DNA from: Azolla caroliniana
Taxonomy: Eukaryota; Plantae; Polypodiophyta
DNA: 64,000 nucleotides
Direction of reading: 5' to 3'
Assembly: GCA_043228905.1 (NCBI GenBank)
Contig: JBHGNT010000017.1
Location: forward strand, 15,686,001-15,750,000
How positions within the stretch are numbered: position 1 is the first letter of the stretch; the number at the start of each line of letters is the position of its first letter. Below, piece after piece: positions 22,657 through 35,059 of this stretch. A model generated the notes under the pieces. That model was not told the origin of the DNA and did no database searches. It saw only the letters and a program-made list of their open reading frames with translations. The translations under genes and the position numbers were made by a program.

Positions 22657-25600
22657 AAAATGTAACAACTCTTGCGGCCGCTTATGAAGCGGCGGATCAC
22701 CTCACCAATTGGCATTCTCAAGGTGGCTCCTCCGATGGAAAAGGCAAAGAAAAGAGGGGTCCTCCAAATTTGAAGGCACACAATACTCGTCCCTTCAAGA
22801 AGGTGGCTTATAATTCGCAAGGAGGTGGATCTCGACCCCCCATCAATGGCCAAAGTGTTGCAAAGAAGTTTCCTTCCGCGAAAACTATGAATTTGAATTC
22901 CTTCAAGCCCAAGGATGCTACCGTGAAAAGGAAGCTTGAGTGCTTCATTTGTCAAGGTGACCATTTTGCAAGAGATTGGCCCTTCAAGGGCCAACTCCAC
23001 TCTCTTGTTAAGGCTTCGGACGACGACGCGAACAATTGAACCATGGGCCACATCAAGCGTTTGTGTGCAGTTCGTGAGGTAAAGAGTGAGCATTCATTAC
23101 TTTATGTTAGTTCTCTAATCAATGGTCGTTTGTGTCAAGCGATGGTGGATACGGGTGCTTCTCACGAGTTCATGACGCCGACCCTCGCCAAAGCTTGTGG
23201 GCTACGTATGGAGGTCAATTCCAAGGGGACTTGGAAGACCGTCAACATGAAGGAGCAGCAAGTGGGGCAGATTGCTCCTAATGTTGGGGTTATTGTTGGA
23301 GAGGTGACTGTGCGTGTTGAATTTAGCATCGTCGAGATGGACGATTTTGATGTGGTTTTGGGTCAATCTTGGGCGAGATTGGCACGCGCATTACCCGACC
23401 CATTTGGTGAGCAAGTTCTATTTATGCAAGATAAACTTCATGTTGTAAAAGCTTCTTCCTCTCGCCCCAACCCCCTCCCCAAAATTCTCTCCTCCATGCA
23501 ACTCAAGAAGGTGGCCCGAAAGGGTTGCCTTATGATAGCCGCTACATTATAGGATACCAATGATCACGACCATCCCATGTCTGAAAAGGGCATTCATCCT
23601 AACATGATGGTTTTGTTAGATAGGTTTCAAGACGTCATGCCCAATGCTTTACCAAAGGAGTTTCCCCCAAAAAGGGATGTTGATCATCGTATCGAGGTGG
23701 TGCCTGGGTGCACTCCTCCCGTGAAGAGTCCTTTTCACTTAAGCGTTGCCGAGAATGCGGAGTTAAAGCGTCAACTCAACGAGCTACTAGAGGCAGGATT
23801 CATACGCCCTTCTAGATCTCCTTATGGTGCCCCGGTGCTCTTTGTCAAGAAGAAGGATGGAAGCTTCAGAATTTGCGTCGATTATTGAGCATTGAACAAG
23901 CTCACCATCAAGAATTGCTACCCTCTTCCTAACCTCCGAGAGATGTTTGACCAACTAGGGAAGGCACGGTACTTTACCAAGATGGATCTTCGTTCGGGAT
24001 ACTATCAAGTGAGGATCGCCGAAGGTGATGTGGAGAAAACTGCTATGCGAACACGCTATGGCTCGTATGAGTGGCTTGTAACGTCGATGGGCTTAACCAA
24101 TGTTGTAGCAACCTTTAGTACCCTCATGAATCAAGTTTTTGGGCCGGAGCTCAGCAAATGCATTGTGGTCTACCTCGACGACTTGTTTGTCTTTAGTCCT
24201 ACTTGGGAACAACACTTGAAGGATGTTGAGATGGCTCTCCAAATATTAAGAGAGAACCATCTCTACGTGAAGAAATCCAAGTGTGACTTTGGTGTGGAAG
24301 TAGTGTACTTCCTTGGCTTCAAAATAGCTCATGGTGAGCTACAGCCCGAAGAGGAAAAGCTTCGTGCAATCAAGGAATGGCCTACACCACGTTCGGTAAC
24401 GGATGTTCGTTCTTTCCTTGGTTTAGCTTCTTTCTATTGTGTGTTTATTGATGGTTTTGCTTGTCTCTCTACTCCTCTCTCTACTCCTCTCTCGACCAGT
24501 GGCCTTTGAGAGCAAGAAGCTCGTGGATCGAGAGATGTGATACCCCACCCATGAAAAGGAGATGGTGGCCATCGTCCATTGTCTTTGTACATGGAGACAT
24601 TACTTGATGGGGAGGCACTTCACCGTCCACACGGATAACATCACATCAACGTACTTTGCTTCACAACCAAAACTCACCGCAAAGCAAGCTCGGTGGCAAG
24701 ACTTCCTTGCCAGTTATGATTTCGAACTCAAGTACAAGCCCGGAAAGCAAAATGTGGTAGCCAATGCTCTTAGTCGAAGAGCTCATTTGGCGGTCATGCA
24801 TGTGGTGGTGGGTACTAATATGTTGCCAACCCTCAAGAGTGCATATCATGGTGATGAATATGCACAAAAGTGCCTTCGTTTGTTTGCTAACGGTGAAAAG
24901 GTGGCCCATCTATCTCTCAAAGCTGGGGTGATCTACTTCAAGCAACAAAGGCTCTATGTACCTCAAGTAGTGAGGAAAGAAGTAATGTATGAGTGTCATG
25001 ACACATTGTGGGCCGGACACCTTGGTGGGGATAAAACCATGGAAATGTTGACTCGTAGGTACTTTTGGCCACACATGGACAAAGAAGTTCAAGCCTATGT
25101 GAGAGGATGCCAAGTGTGCCAACAAGACAAAGCCGAAAGATGCAAGCCCGCGGGATTGCTGCAACCGTTAAGCATCCTGAATCAGCCATGGGAATCCCTT
25201 AGCATGGACTTCATAATAAGCTTGCCGAAAAGCCAAAACTACACAGGTATCTTCATCGTCGTGGATCGACTTACGAAGTATGCTCACTTTGTGGCCTATG
25301 AAAGCCCCGCGGATGCCGAGTATGTGGTGAAACTTTTCTTTGCGAAAGTGTTCAAATACCATGGGCTCCCACAAGAGATAATTAGCGATCGTGATAGTCG
25401 CTTCACCGGTAAATTTTGGTCCACACTTTTCGCTTTGATGGGTACTAACCTCAAGTTTAGTAGTTCCTATCACCCACAAACATATGGTCAAACGGAGAGG
25501 ACTAATCAAATCTTGGAGGACTATCTTCGCCATTATGTGAGCTCGGACCAAAAGGATTGGTCTCAATACCTCGACATAGCAGAGTTCTCCTACAACCTCC

Positions 25601-26577
25601 ACAAGCAAGATTCCACGGGATTTAGTCCGTTTGAACTCAATTATCTTTGTCTCCCGGAGACCTTATGGTGTTACCCTTAGCTAGCATTGTTCCAAGTGCC
25701 AATATTGCAATGAGTAGGTGGTCCACTCGCCTCAACCAAGCTAAGGAAGCTATGGAGAAGGCTCAAGCTAGGTACAAGAAATATGCCGACCTCAAACATA
25801 GGCATGAAGAATATGAAGTAGGTGACTTGGTGTTCGTCAAGTTGGATAGCGAACAATTTATTCTTCTAAAGGGTATCACCCCAAAGCTTGCTCGACGGTA
25901 CGATGGTCCCTTTCCCATCATCGAGAAACTATCTCCATTGACTTACAAAGTCAAGCTACTGGAACACATGGGTGTGCATCCGGTGTTCCACATGTCTTTG
26001 CTCAAGAGGAGCTACGTGGATGAAAACCATGAGGATATGACGCATTCAATCAACTTTAGATGTAGTCAAGTACCTATGTGGGGGAATGGAATCTCCCTAG
26101 TGATTGTATTCAATACCGTTATGATTGATATAAGGTACTAATGTACTATATGGGGAGACTTATGAGAGAATAAAGAGGATCTTCTATATAAGTTGGATAG
26201 AGAGGGTGGTTGGGTGGAGGTTCAACGGATCCATGCTCTCTCTCTTAGTCATTTATCCCCATAGTCGAAGAGCGTTGACATGCGAGTCCGAATCTGATTG
26301 GCGATCCATCCTTATCGCAAAATTTCATTGGTGTTACAGGGGGGGATAAGTTCACATGCATCACCTCCCATTGAACCAGACCAATACGATATTTTAGGCC
26401 AATGCCATTTTGTGTCTGGAGAGGGGTTTGAAACACTACACCTGTCATGAAAATCAAGGACTACAAGTTTTTGAATTGAAAAGCATAGGTAGACCAAATC
26501 GAAGGACTAGGCATTCCCCATAATCATTCCAACATTGTGACAAAACCATTGACTTTAAACAACTTCATCATATATCA

Positions 26578-26856
26578 AATAGCACATAGCACATAGCACA
26601 TAGCACTAGCACATAGCACATAGCACATAGCACATAGCACATTGCACATAGCACATAGCACATAGCACATAGCACATAGCACATAGCACATAACACTAGC
26701 ACATAGCACATAGCACATAGCACATTGCACATAGCACATAACACATAGCACATAGCACATAGCACATAGCATATAGCACATAGCACATAGCACAATAGCG
26801 GCCCACCACGGCCCTAGAACCTTACAACATGCCACATGCCACATGCCACATGCCAA
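26578..26856. repeat. (AGCACAT)n heptamer array (about 30 units, 26578-26795) followed by (CATGCCA)n (about 26828-26855)
   Basis: Directly visible. Confidence 0.95.
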
Positions 26857-27335
26857 TACCACATACCACTAAATACAAGACATCGGATGAAACATTAGGC
26901 ATGTAACCAATAACCAATAAAACAATAAACTACATATAACCAATAAAACATGGGTCTAACTACATACATACATAACATGTTCTTTGGATTGTGGGTTTTG
27001 GCCCCTCCCTTCCTCTTGTAGAGACTTTAGGACACTTTCTTCTTCATATTTCTCCTCCTTTTTCTTCTTCAGTTCCCCTGTTTGCTCGTGATACCATATA
27101 TAATCTGCACATAGATTTTTATTTTATTTTACTTTGCTCACTTATGGATTAAAAAAAACCCTCTTATTTTGACTTGGCATTAATTATGTCTGATTTAAGC
27201 ATCTCTCTTATTCCTTGATGCTGATATACTCTGTTTTTCTATCAATAAGGTACCATAAAAGCCATGGTGATTTTTGTGCCTGCGATATCATATCAATATT
27301 AGTTCATGAGCTCATGTATCTTGTCAATCATTGGT

Positions 27336-27366
<31 letters not shown>

Positions 27367-28372
27367 AAGAAGGCCATTACATATTTTAATGTGTGCATAA
27401 AAGAACTAATCGTTGATAATGTCTCTAATATGGTTTTGATAAGATGGTTCAGAGTTTCCTGTATAGAGTCGTTAAATATTTTCCGAATGGGTTTTCCTGT
27501 TTGGCTTTAGGTCATAATTATCACAGCTTATAGGGCCAGCGACACTGGCGATGGAATGTTCAAATGGCAGTCACGTATGTGGTGGGTAAGTGTTTCTTGA
27601 GTGTTTCCAATCCCTCTTAAAACATAATAAGGTTTCATAAGCGATAAAACATTGTGATTAATTTTGTTTTATGTTGCTTGTAATAATGGTAAATCACTGT
27701 ATATAACTTGTCTAGTGTTTCTGGAATATTGTGCGCGTGAAATTCAATGGGCTGTATCATTAATGTTTGGATGCAATGATAAGATATTGTATTTAATCTC
27801 CAATCTTTGTCTGAAACCTCTCTACTTTTCTCCTATCTGTTGTCTATTTGCTCCAACGAACAATCAACTCAGGCTTTATATGTACTATTTAATGCCCAAT
27901 AATTATGCTTTTTATAGTTTCTGACATCTGTTAGGAATCATGGGTTTTCCTACACCAATAAGACCATTCAAATTATTGATAATAAATACAGTATAGTCTC
28001 CTAGAATTGATCAATTGTTGATAAAAAAATAAAAATAGTGATAAGTGATTCTCTGTACTGGTTTATAGAGTGTGCTCCTGCTAGGTGCTTATTATCTAGC
28101 AGATGTTATTGATAAACTGTTCTCTATATGTAGTTTAAATCTTGTACAGATAAATCCATAATTTGCATGTTCATTGTCATCTTTAGCTAGTAAGTGAATA
28201 TGTGAATACTTGTATGTATGCATGTATGTACGTGTGTATCTGTGTATGTATGTTTATATGTGTATATATCTATGCATGCAGATATTACAAGGAAAGATAT
28301 TTATGTGTGTATGATGTGTCTATATGCTATGTGTATGAGGTGGAATGTTTGAGATCGTCAAGAGAGATAGAA

Positions 28373-31300
28373 ATGAACTTTTCTTTATTTTTACCCTCAA
28401 CAAGTACCTGCACTGTACGCATCTCGAAAATACCGTATACAGCCATGGCAGAGGATCTCGTAGAGTTCTTGAACACTTCCATAAGCAGCAATACAGTTTT
28501 CGCATGCAAAATTCACACAGAAAAGATGAATTGGAAGTCCAAAGGTTATGGATTTGTTCAATTTGAGACAGAAGGAGATGCAAAGAAAGCTGTAGAACTG
28601 GCGAAAAAATGCCGGCTTAAATTTGAAGGAAGCATGCTAGAGGTTGAATTTGAGGCCAAAGAAATTGTAAGCCGACCACAAATAACCGTTCAATGCAAGT
28701 CTTTGTATGTTGGATGTCTTACAAACCCTACCATATTGTGTGTGTTATGGTCCTCAAAGAGGGAGGTTACTCTAGAGCTAGATTGCAAAAAAGGAAAATT
28801 AGCTCTTATAGTGGATATCCTTGATAGTGGTGCAAAATATAAACTAACTTGGAAGCTTAAAAGCTTGGACATTTCTGGCACTGATCGAGAAAAGAACTTG
28901 AAGGACAATTTTGTATTGCTGCAGGTATAGGCTCTCTCTCTTTTCTGTGTTTCACACTGTTAGAAGATGATAAACATGAAATTTTGGTATAAGAGAACTC
29001 ATTCATCATACTTTTTGAGTAGAGTACTTGTGTGACTTGATAAAGATGATGACGCTGACATCTTCCAATTTTATGAATCTGGACACAATAAGTAAAGGTC
29101 ACAATTGTGCTTGTTTTTTAATTTTCTTTATTTTCCCCTTTGTATAAGAAAAACACAAAGTGACTCTCAGTAAGAAGTGTAATGAAACATTTATTGCATG
29201 AATTTTTTTGATAATAAGAAATCGTGACACATTTTGCATTTTATTTCTTCTTGATTTTACTTGTTGGTAAGCACGATGGCCTTTGGAAAATAGCTAAGTT
29301 GGATGTGAATACACCACCCCAAAAAGGAGATGAGAGAAAGATTGGTCACTTAAGGGCCAATTAAGTGGTTCAATAGCTAGAACTTAGCACTTGATTAGTT
29401 ATCATCACACCTAATTAGTTAACTCATTACAATATATTTTATTGTAAAAAAATATGAATGGAATTGTAGGTTAATAAAGGCAGCTTTCAGTTGCATCGGG
29501 ACAACTAGTAATTGCTTTGTCAGCCGCCTAGAAGGGTAATTTATAAATTAATTTCGGCAAATGAAAGGACTTCTCACTCAGGGCTGAGCAGCATAGTCCA
29601 TGGGGGACCCCTCAGACAGTGATCGGGGGTCCCTCGAGCACAATTATATGTATATTCTCCACTGTATTCTATGGGTTTATATCTTTCCAGATTCATTGAC
29701 AAATCTCAATCACTATGGATAATTCGACATGTATTGAGAATCCGTCTTACGGTACTTTGCGCACCAATAATGTAGAACAATTGGTCTTTATGATTTGAGT
29801 CAAGATTTATGGGTTTGTCAAAGAAACATGAGGAACTTGTGATATTTTTAGTGTTTACCTTAGTTTCCTATTTAAAAGAGGGCAATTGATACTACTGTTT
29901 GCATTTGTCTAGAGAGGTTGAGCAAGAAGTCAATATTACTCATGCAACCTTTTTTTCAGAGATTGAATTTATGTATCTATTTCAACTTGCTATATTTTCT
30001 GAGATTCATATTTCAGTTTAACTAAAGATTGTTTCCACATGTATATCAAAACAAACGTGTTCCTTATGCAGAATGTATTTGATTTATAAATGAAAAGTGA
30101 TACTTTCATATCTTTGCATCAATTTTAAATCTTTAATTTGATAGGAATTTGGGTTCATTAAAGGTCAGCAAAAAAATGTATTTACTTGCCTCAAGTCATG
30201 GGGGATTATTGCTGATAATTTGTTACTTCTAAACTTGTCAACTGCGTTTACAGATGAAACATGCTCCGAAGATCAAGCAGAAATTCGGTAGCAACAAAAG
30301 AAAAAGGGAGAAACAGTTTGATCGATATACTTTCTTTCGAGAGAACCAGGAAGATCATTGGTATCCTTGGTGTCGATGTACAGACTTCACGGAAAATGAA
30401 AGTATTGGGAACTCATCTGCTTATTATATAGAGATCTCAGCAGCAGATAAACATGGTTATTTGGAATTTACCAAGCACCTAGCAGTCATCCAAGCTTTCC
30501 GGGTGATAGATAATATTTCTTTACAATTTCGTAGTATATACTCGAGGGCACATGGGCTTGTGCCTATCCTTAGCTGCTCTAATTTGAACGAGCTTCCATT
30601 TAATGTTATTTTCAAAATCTATAAGCTTGTGCAATGTGGTATTCTCAGTGGTCCAATTCTTGACCATGTTGATCTCAAAATGTTTCATCCTTCAACGACA
30701 CCACTTCGAAATACACAAATAGCACTTGAGAAGCTTTTAGTTACAAAAGAGTGTTGTTATGATTTTGTGGGATGGTTTCAACGTGAAATCAAGTTGCAAC
30801 AAGATCAGTTCTCAAAAAATATCTTTACAAACAGTGTAACTGAAGGTTTGATGTTAATGCATCATCTTACTATAACACCTACAAAAATTTATTTCTTGGG
30901 ACCAGAAGTAGAGATGTCAAACCGTGTCGTGCGAAATAATGCAGAAAATGTGGAGAATTTCCTTCGGGTTCACTTCACAGATGAAGATATGAATTTACTT
31001 CGTTCAAAGGCATTGCTAGTCACAGATGAATCCTCAAAAATAATCATAAAATCAGAACACACAGAAATCTATTCTAGAATTCTTAGGATTTTAAAGGAGG
31101 GGATTGAACTGGGCGGGAGGAAATTCGAATTCCTAGCTTTCTCTGCCAGCCAGCTCAGAGAACATTCGGTTTGGATGTTTGCATCAAACCAAACCACCAC
31201 AGCTGATAAGATCCGTGCATGGATGGGCGACTTTACAACCATAAAAAATGTTGCAAATTGTGCTGCTAGGATGGGCCAGTGCTTCAGTGCATCAAAGAAA

Positions 31301-34300
31301 GGCCCGGATACATATGCATATGAAATTGAAGAGATTCCAGATATTGAAAGAGAGGTTGGAGGTGTGAAGTATTGCTTTTCAGATGGCATAGGGAGGATAT
31401 CTCCGACATTTGCTATCGAAGTAGCATCAAAGTGTGGATACTCAGTCACTGGAAAAGCACCATCAGCTTTCCAAATTCGATATGCAGGTTACAAAGGTGT
31501 TGTAGCAATTCATCCAACCTCAACTTGCAAGCTGTCTTTGAGGAGAAGCATGAAAAAATTTTCTTCGGATTTAATGTCACTTGATATACTCGAATGGAGT
31601 CGTTTTCTTCCATGTTATTTAAATCGCCAAATAATAACCCTCTTGTCTACACTTGGTGTAGAGGACCAGGTTTTTGAAACAATACAAGAGGAAAGAATCA
31701 CATTATTGAATGGACTGCTGAATGAAAGGTTTTCAGCTGTTGAGGCTATTCAGGCTTCTTATGCGGGGGAATGTCATAAGGTTGTGGTGGAGATGTTGCT
31801 TGCTGGATATGCTCCCAATTGTGAGCCTTTCCTCTCAAGCATGTTCCAAGCCTTCAAAGCAGCTCAGGTTTATCAGATTTGTAAGAGATCAAGAATTTTT
31901 ATCCCTAATGGGAGAGTACTGATGGGCTGTTTGGATGAGACTGCAGATTTAGCTTATGGAGAAGTATTTATTCAAATATCTGCATCTGATGGCAGCCTTT
32001 CAGTTATCCAGGGAAATGTAGTTGTTGCAAAGAATCCGTGCCTCCATCCGGGAGATGTTCGTGTTTTGGTTGCTGTAGATTCACCAAACCTTCAACATAT
32101 GGTTGATTGTATTGTTTTCCCCCAGAATGGTAACCGGTGCGTACTCCACATTTAAATATTTGTCTTTCTGCATCTAAGAAGTTTGTTAGGGTAGGGGTGG
32201 GTAATACCTACAGGGTAAACACTTCATTTTTTTGACGTTAAAGAAACCAAGGGCAAGTGTTTGTGAATAGGCTGGCAAAGAAAGCATGTTTTGTTGAGAT
32301 TTTAAGTTCACTTTTGGATTTCTCTATGCAGGCCACATCCAAATGAATGTTCTGGTAGCGATCTGGACGGTGACCTTTACTTTGTCACATGGGACAAGAG
32401 GTTGATCCCGCCAGTTACAGAGGCCCCCATGGATTATCATCCACCCAATCCTATTTTATTGGATCATTCTCCTACACTTGAGGTATGTGGTGAAGAACTC
32501 ATTTCAGTCCTGGGATATTTGCATAGAGAGATAGCTTGGAAAACCTGAGTCTCTCGAGTGAAAGTTGAATATCAGTAGACTGGATTTTTATTTTTTAACA
32601 TAATTTCAGGAGTGAGATTCGAGATTCTGATGTTATTATATATCTTCATGATCCAATTAAATTAATTTCTTCATTATAATTCACATCTTGTATATATTTT
32701 TGAAAGGAATCCATCATGTTTTGTAAGTATGTGTGTGTTTCTTCTCTAGTGCCTATCCTCATCTTCTATTGACCAATTTAATTGAAATACATATTACCAA
32801 GAGAGATTCTGTGGTATAACCTATTTCTATTAAGCACACACATATAATAGATATGAAGCTGTACTAACAATGCTCCCATGCACATGAGGCCAACAAGTAT
32901 ATTCTCGCATAACCTTGTTGGCAGTTGATGGCCACAGGGCATCATGGTATATCTCATCTATGTCCTTGCTGGCCATTTCTCCCACCATTGCTATCTTATA
33001 TACTAGAGCTTCATTATCCTCGCTTAACAATGTTAGCTAGCTTCATGTATTTTTGCTTTATCACAGGACATGTAACCTATGACAATAGATCATCATTGGG
33101 TTGTGTTGCATTCATGCATATGCCTCCTTTGGCATACCGGCAATGTTTGTTCATAGTCAAGATTCCCCATAACATTTCTGAGACCCATGATCCAGCTTCC
33201 ATTAATCAAAATATTGGCAGTCTTATATGATCAAGTGGAGCTTACTAGGGACATCATAGGTCTCTCTCTATGTTCCTCCTATTCTTGTCAGATGGATCTT
33301 GATGGGAAATTTCTATCATTCCCTTTGGCAAGCCCACTTTCTTGATTCCTGCTTCATTAGATTTCTATTTCATCAAAGCATGTTTGATTAAATAGTTAGT
33401 GTAATATTTCATATTACATGAGTGATATCTATTTGTGTTTGAAGAGTCCATTTGACTATGTAACCAGTAAGGAAAGCTTAAAGTATTCTTTCACCTTGCA
33501 TCTCTTCCGGATGTTTTGCAGGAAATCCAAACATACTTTGTTGATTACATGCAAAATGATAACCTCGGAACGATAGCGAATGCACATGTGGTTTTTGCTG
33601 ATAAGGAGCCTGAAAAGGCTAGAGCTTGGCAATGCAAAGAACTTGCTTTACTTTCATCTATTTCTGTGGATTTCCCGAAGACTGGTGTTGCAGCAATATT
33701 GCCAAAATACTTGCGCCCACATATATATCCTAATTTCATGGAAAAAAGAGATAAGAAAAGCTATATATCGACTGGGGTTCTTGGGAAGCTTTACAGAGCA
33801 GCAAAACTGACTGTTCTTGGAAATACTTCAAAGATCAGTATAAATGATGTTTTGAGGTCATATGACGAGGATTTGATGCAAGAAGGTTTTGAGCATTACT
33901 TGACGGTATCCCTTGATTATAAGAAGCTTTACAACACCAAACTCATGTCTTTGATGGATTTGTATGGAGTTCAGACTGAAGCTGAGATGGTTTCCGGGTT
34001 TTTCTCCGAGTTGCATCCTGTTATCGGCAACTATTCAAAAATGAATAGCGATCCTCGAAAGGTTGAAGACAAAGTTCGTGAAGCCATGATTGCCCTTCAA
34101 TTAGAAGCAAAAAATTGGTACAACAATATGGTCAAAGATGCTCCATTTCCAACAACAAATGTAAAGTATGCTATAGCTTCATCATGGTATCATGTGACTT
34201 ATCATCCGGATTTCCTGAAATGTCATGGGTCGTGTAGAAATGATGAAGAAGAAACTCTCTTTCTTAGCTTTCCATGGGTATTGTACGACAAATTATTAGA

Positions 34301-34385
34301 TATCAAGAGAAATGTCGGCCTAAAGAAATCTAAACTAACTTCAAATGGCATTTTTACACCATCCAGTTTGATGACTGACTGCTAA
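28373..34385 (+). CDS. RDR2: RNA-dependent RNA polymerase, alpha clade, RDR2-like (RDR1/2 group), about 1149 aa
   Basis: Exons 28373-28924, 30254-32136, 32332-32482 and 33522-34385 join in frame through GT-AG introns (3450 nt). N-terminal RRM TVRISKIP...NWKSKGYGFVQF, then FSDGIGRIS, FQIRYAGYKGV, KNPCLHPGD and catalytic RPHPNECSGSDLDGD. The four-exon layout fits RDR1/RDR2; RDR2 over RDR1 rests on N-terminal resemblance only. Confidence 0.93.
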
Positions 34386-34989
34386 GATTAAACAGCGAAC
34401 ACAATCATTGACGACGTCTTTAGAAAACCCCATGATACAGATAACGAATACTTTGTAACAAGATCGAGAAAGTTAACAATTTTGATCTGTAGTAGTTTGT
34501 TGTTCAGGTTGTAATTTTTTTTATGTTGGTTGAAAAAGCCTTTATGCCATCTAGATTGATGATTTAACTCCTAAGATGAATCAAGAGCCACAATTACACA
34601 TCAATATACACATGTTACTAAGAAACATTCAGCTGGCAATAGAATGTTTGTTGTCATTTAGTGGAATGTTGATATACATCCATAAACGGTTTTGGGGTAG
34701 GCAAGTATATACTTCATTTGTTTTTCCCTATAGAAGAAGAGAGAAGAGAACATCATTTATAATATTTCTTCTTGGTTTTCTATGTACACAAGCAAATGAT
34801 TTGTTTTGCCATATTTCATGGGGGGATTTTGTGTCCTTGATGACCATTTCTTACATTTTTTCACCCCTTTTTTTTTTGAGTAACATGCTTCTCGTAGAGA
34901 CACTCATTGTTTTTGAATGGCTATGTGAATAGTAATAATAAAACGAAGAAAAGTTATAATTGTTATAAATATTGAGAAAGGCATTGTAA

Positions 34990-35024
<35 letters not shown>

Positions 35025-35059
35025 CACACACACACAAGCATGGTTTCTTAAAATCTACG

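Larger units (their letters stand above)
15440..26338 (+). mobile_element. Ty3/Gypsy LTR retrotransposon (Galadriel-like chromovirus type), degenerate, with a Copia nested in gag
   Basis: 5' LTR 15440-16098 (starts TGTAACAC), PBS TGGTATCAGAGC 16099-16110, gag from 16203, zinc knuckle CFICQGDHFARD, protease AMVDTGASH, RT YLDDL, RNase H KQARWQDFLA, integrase HDTLWAGH...CQVC / IISDRD. The truncated 3' LTR 26042-26338 (ends GTGTTACA) matches 15786-16098. Confidence 0.93.

Noticed and set aside
17092-22687. Many long overlapping antisense and alternate-frame ORFs in the Copia
   Set aside because: Expected from GC-rich retroelement coding sequence; no independent domain motifs.
26339-26570. Sequence right of the Gypsy 3' LTR as the continuation of the Copia remnant at 15410
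   Set aside because: No TSD and no gag-like reading; origin unresolved.
26568-26862. Cys-rich ORFs (MCYVLCA)n resembling metallothioneins
   Set aside because: Translation of the heptamer repeat.
30254-32155. RdRP as an endogenous viral polymerase
   Set aside because: DLDGD motif, RRM and spliceosomal introns identify a cellular RDR.
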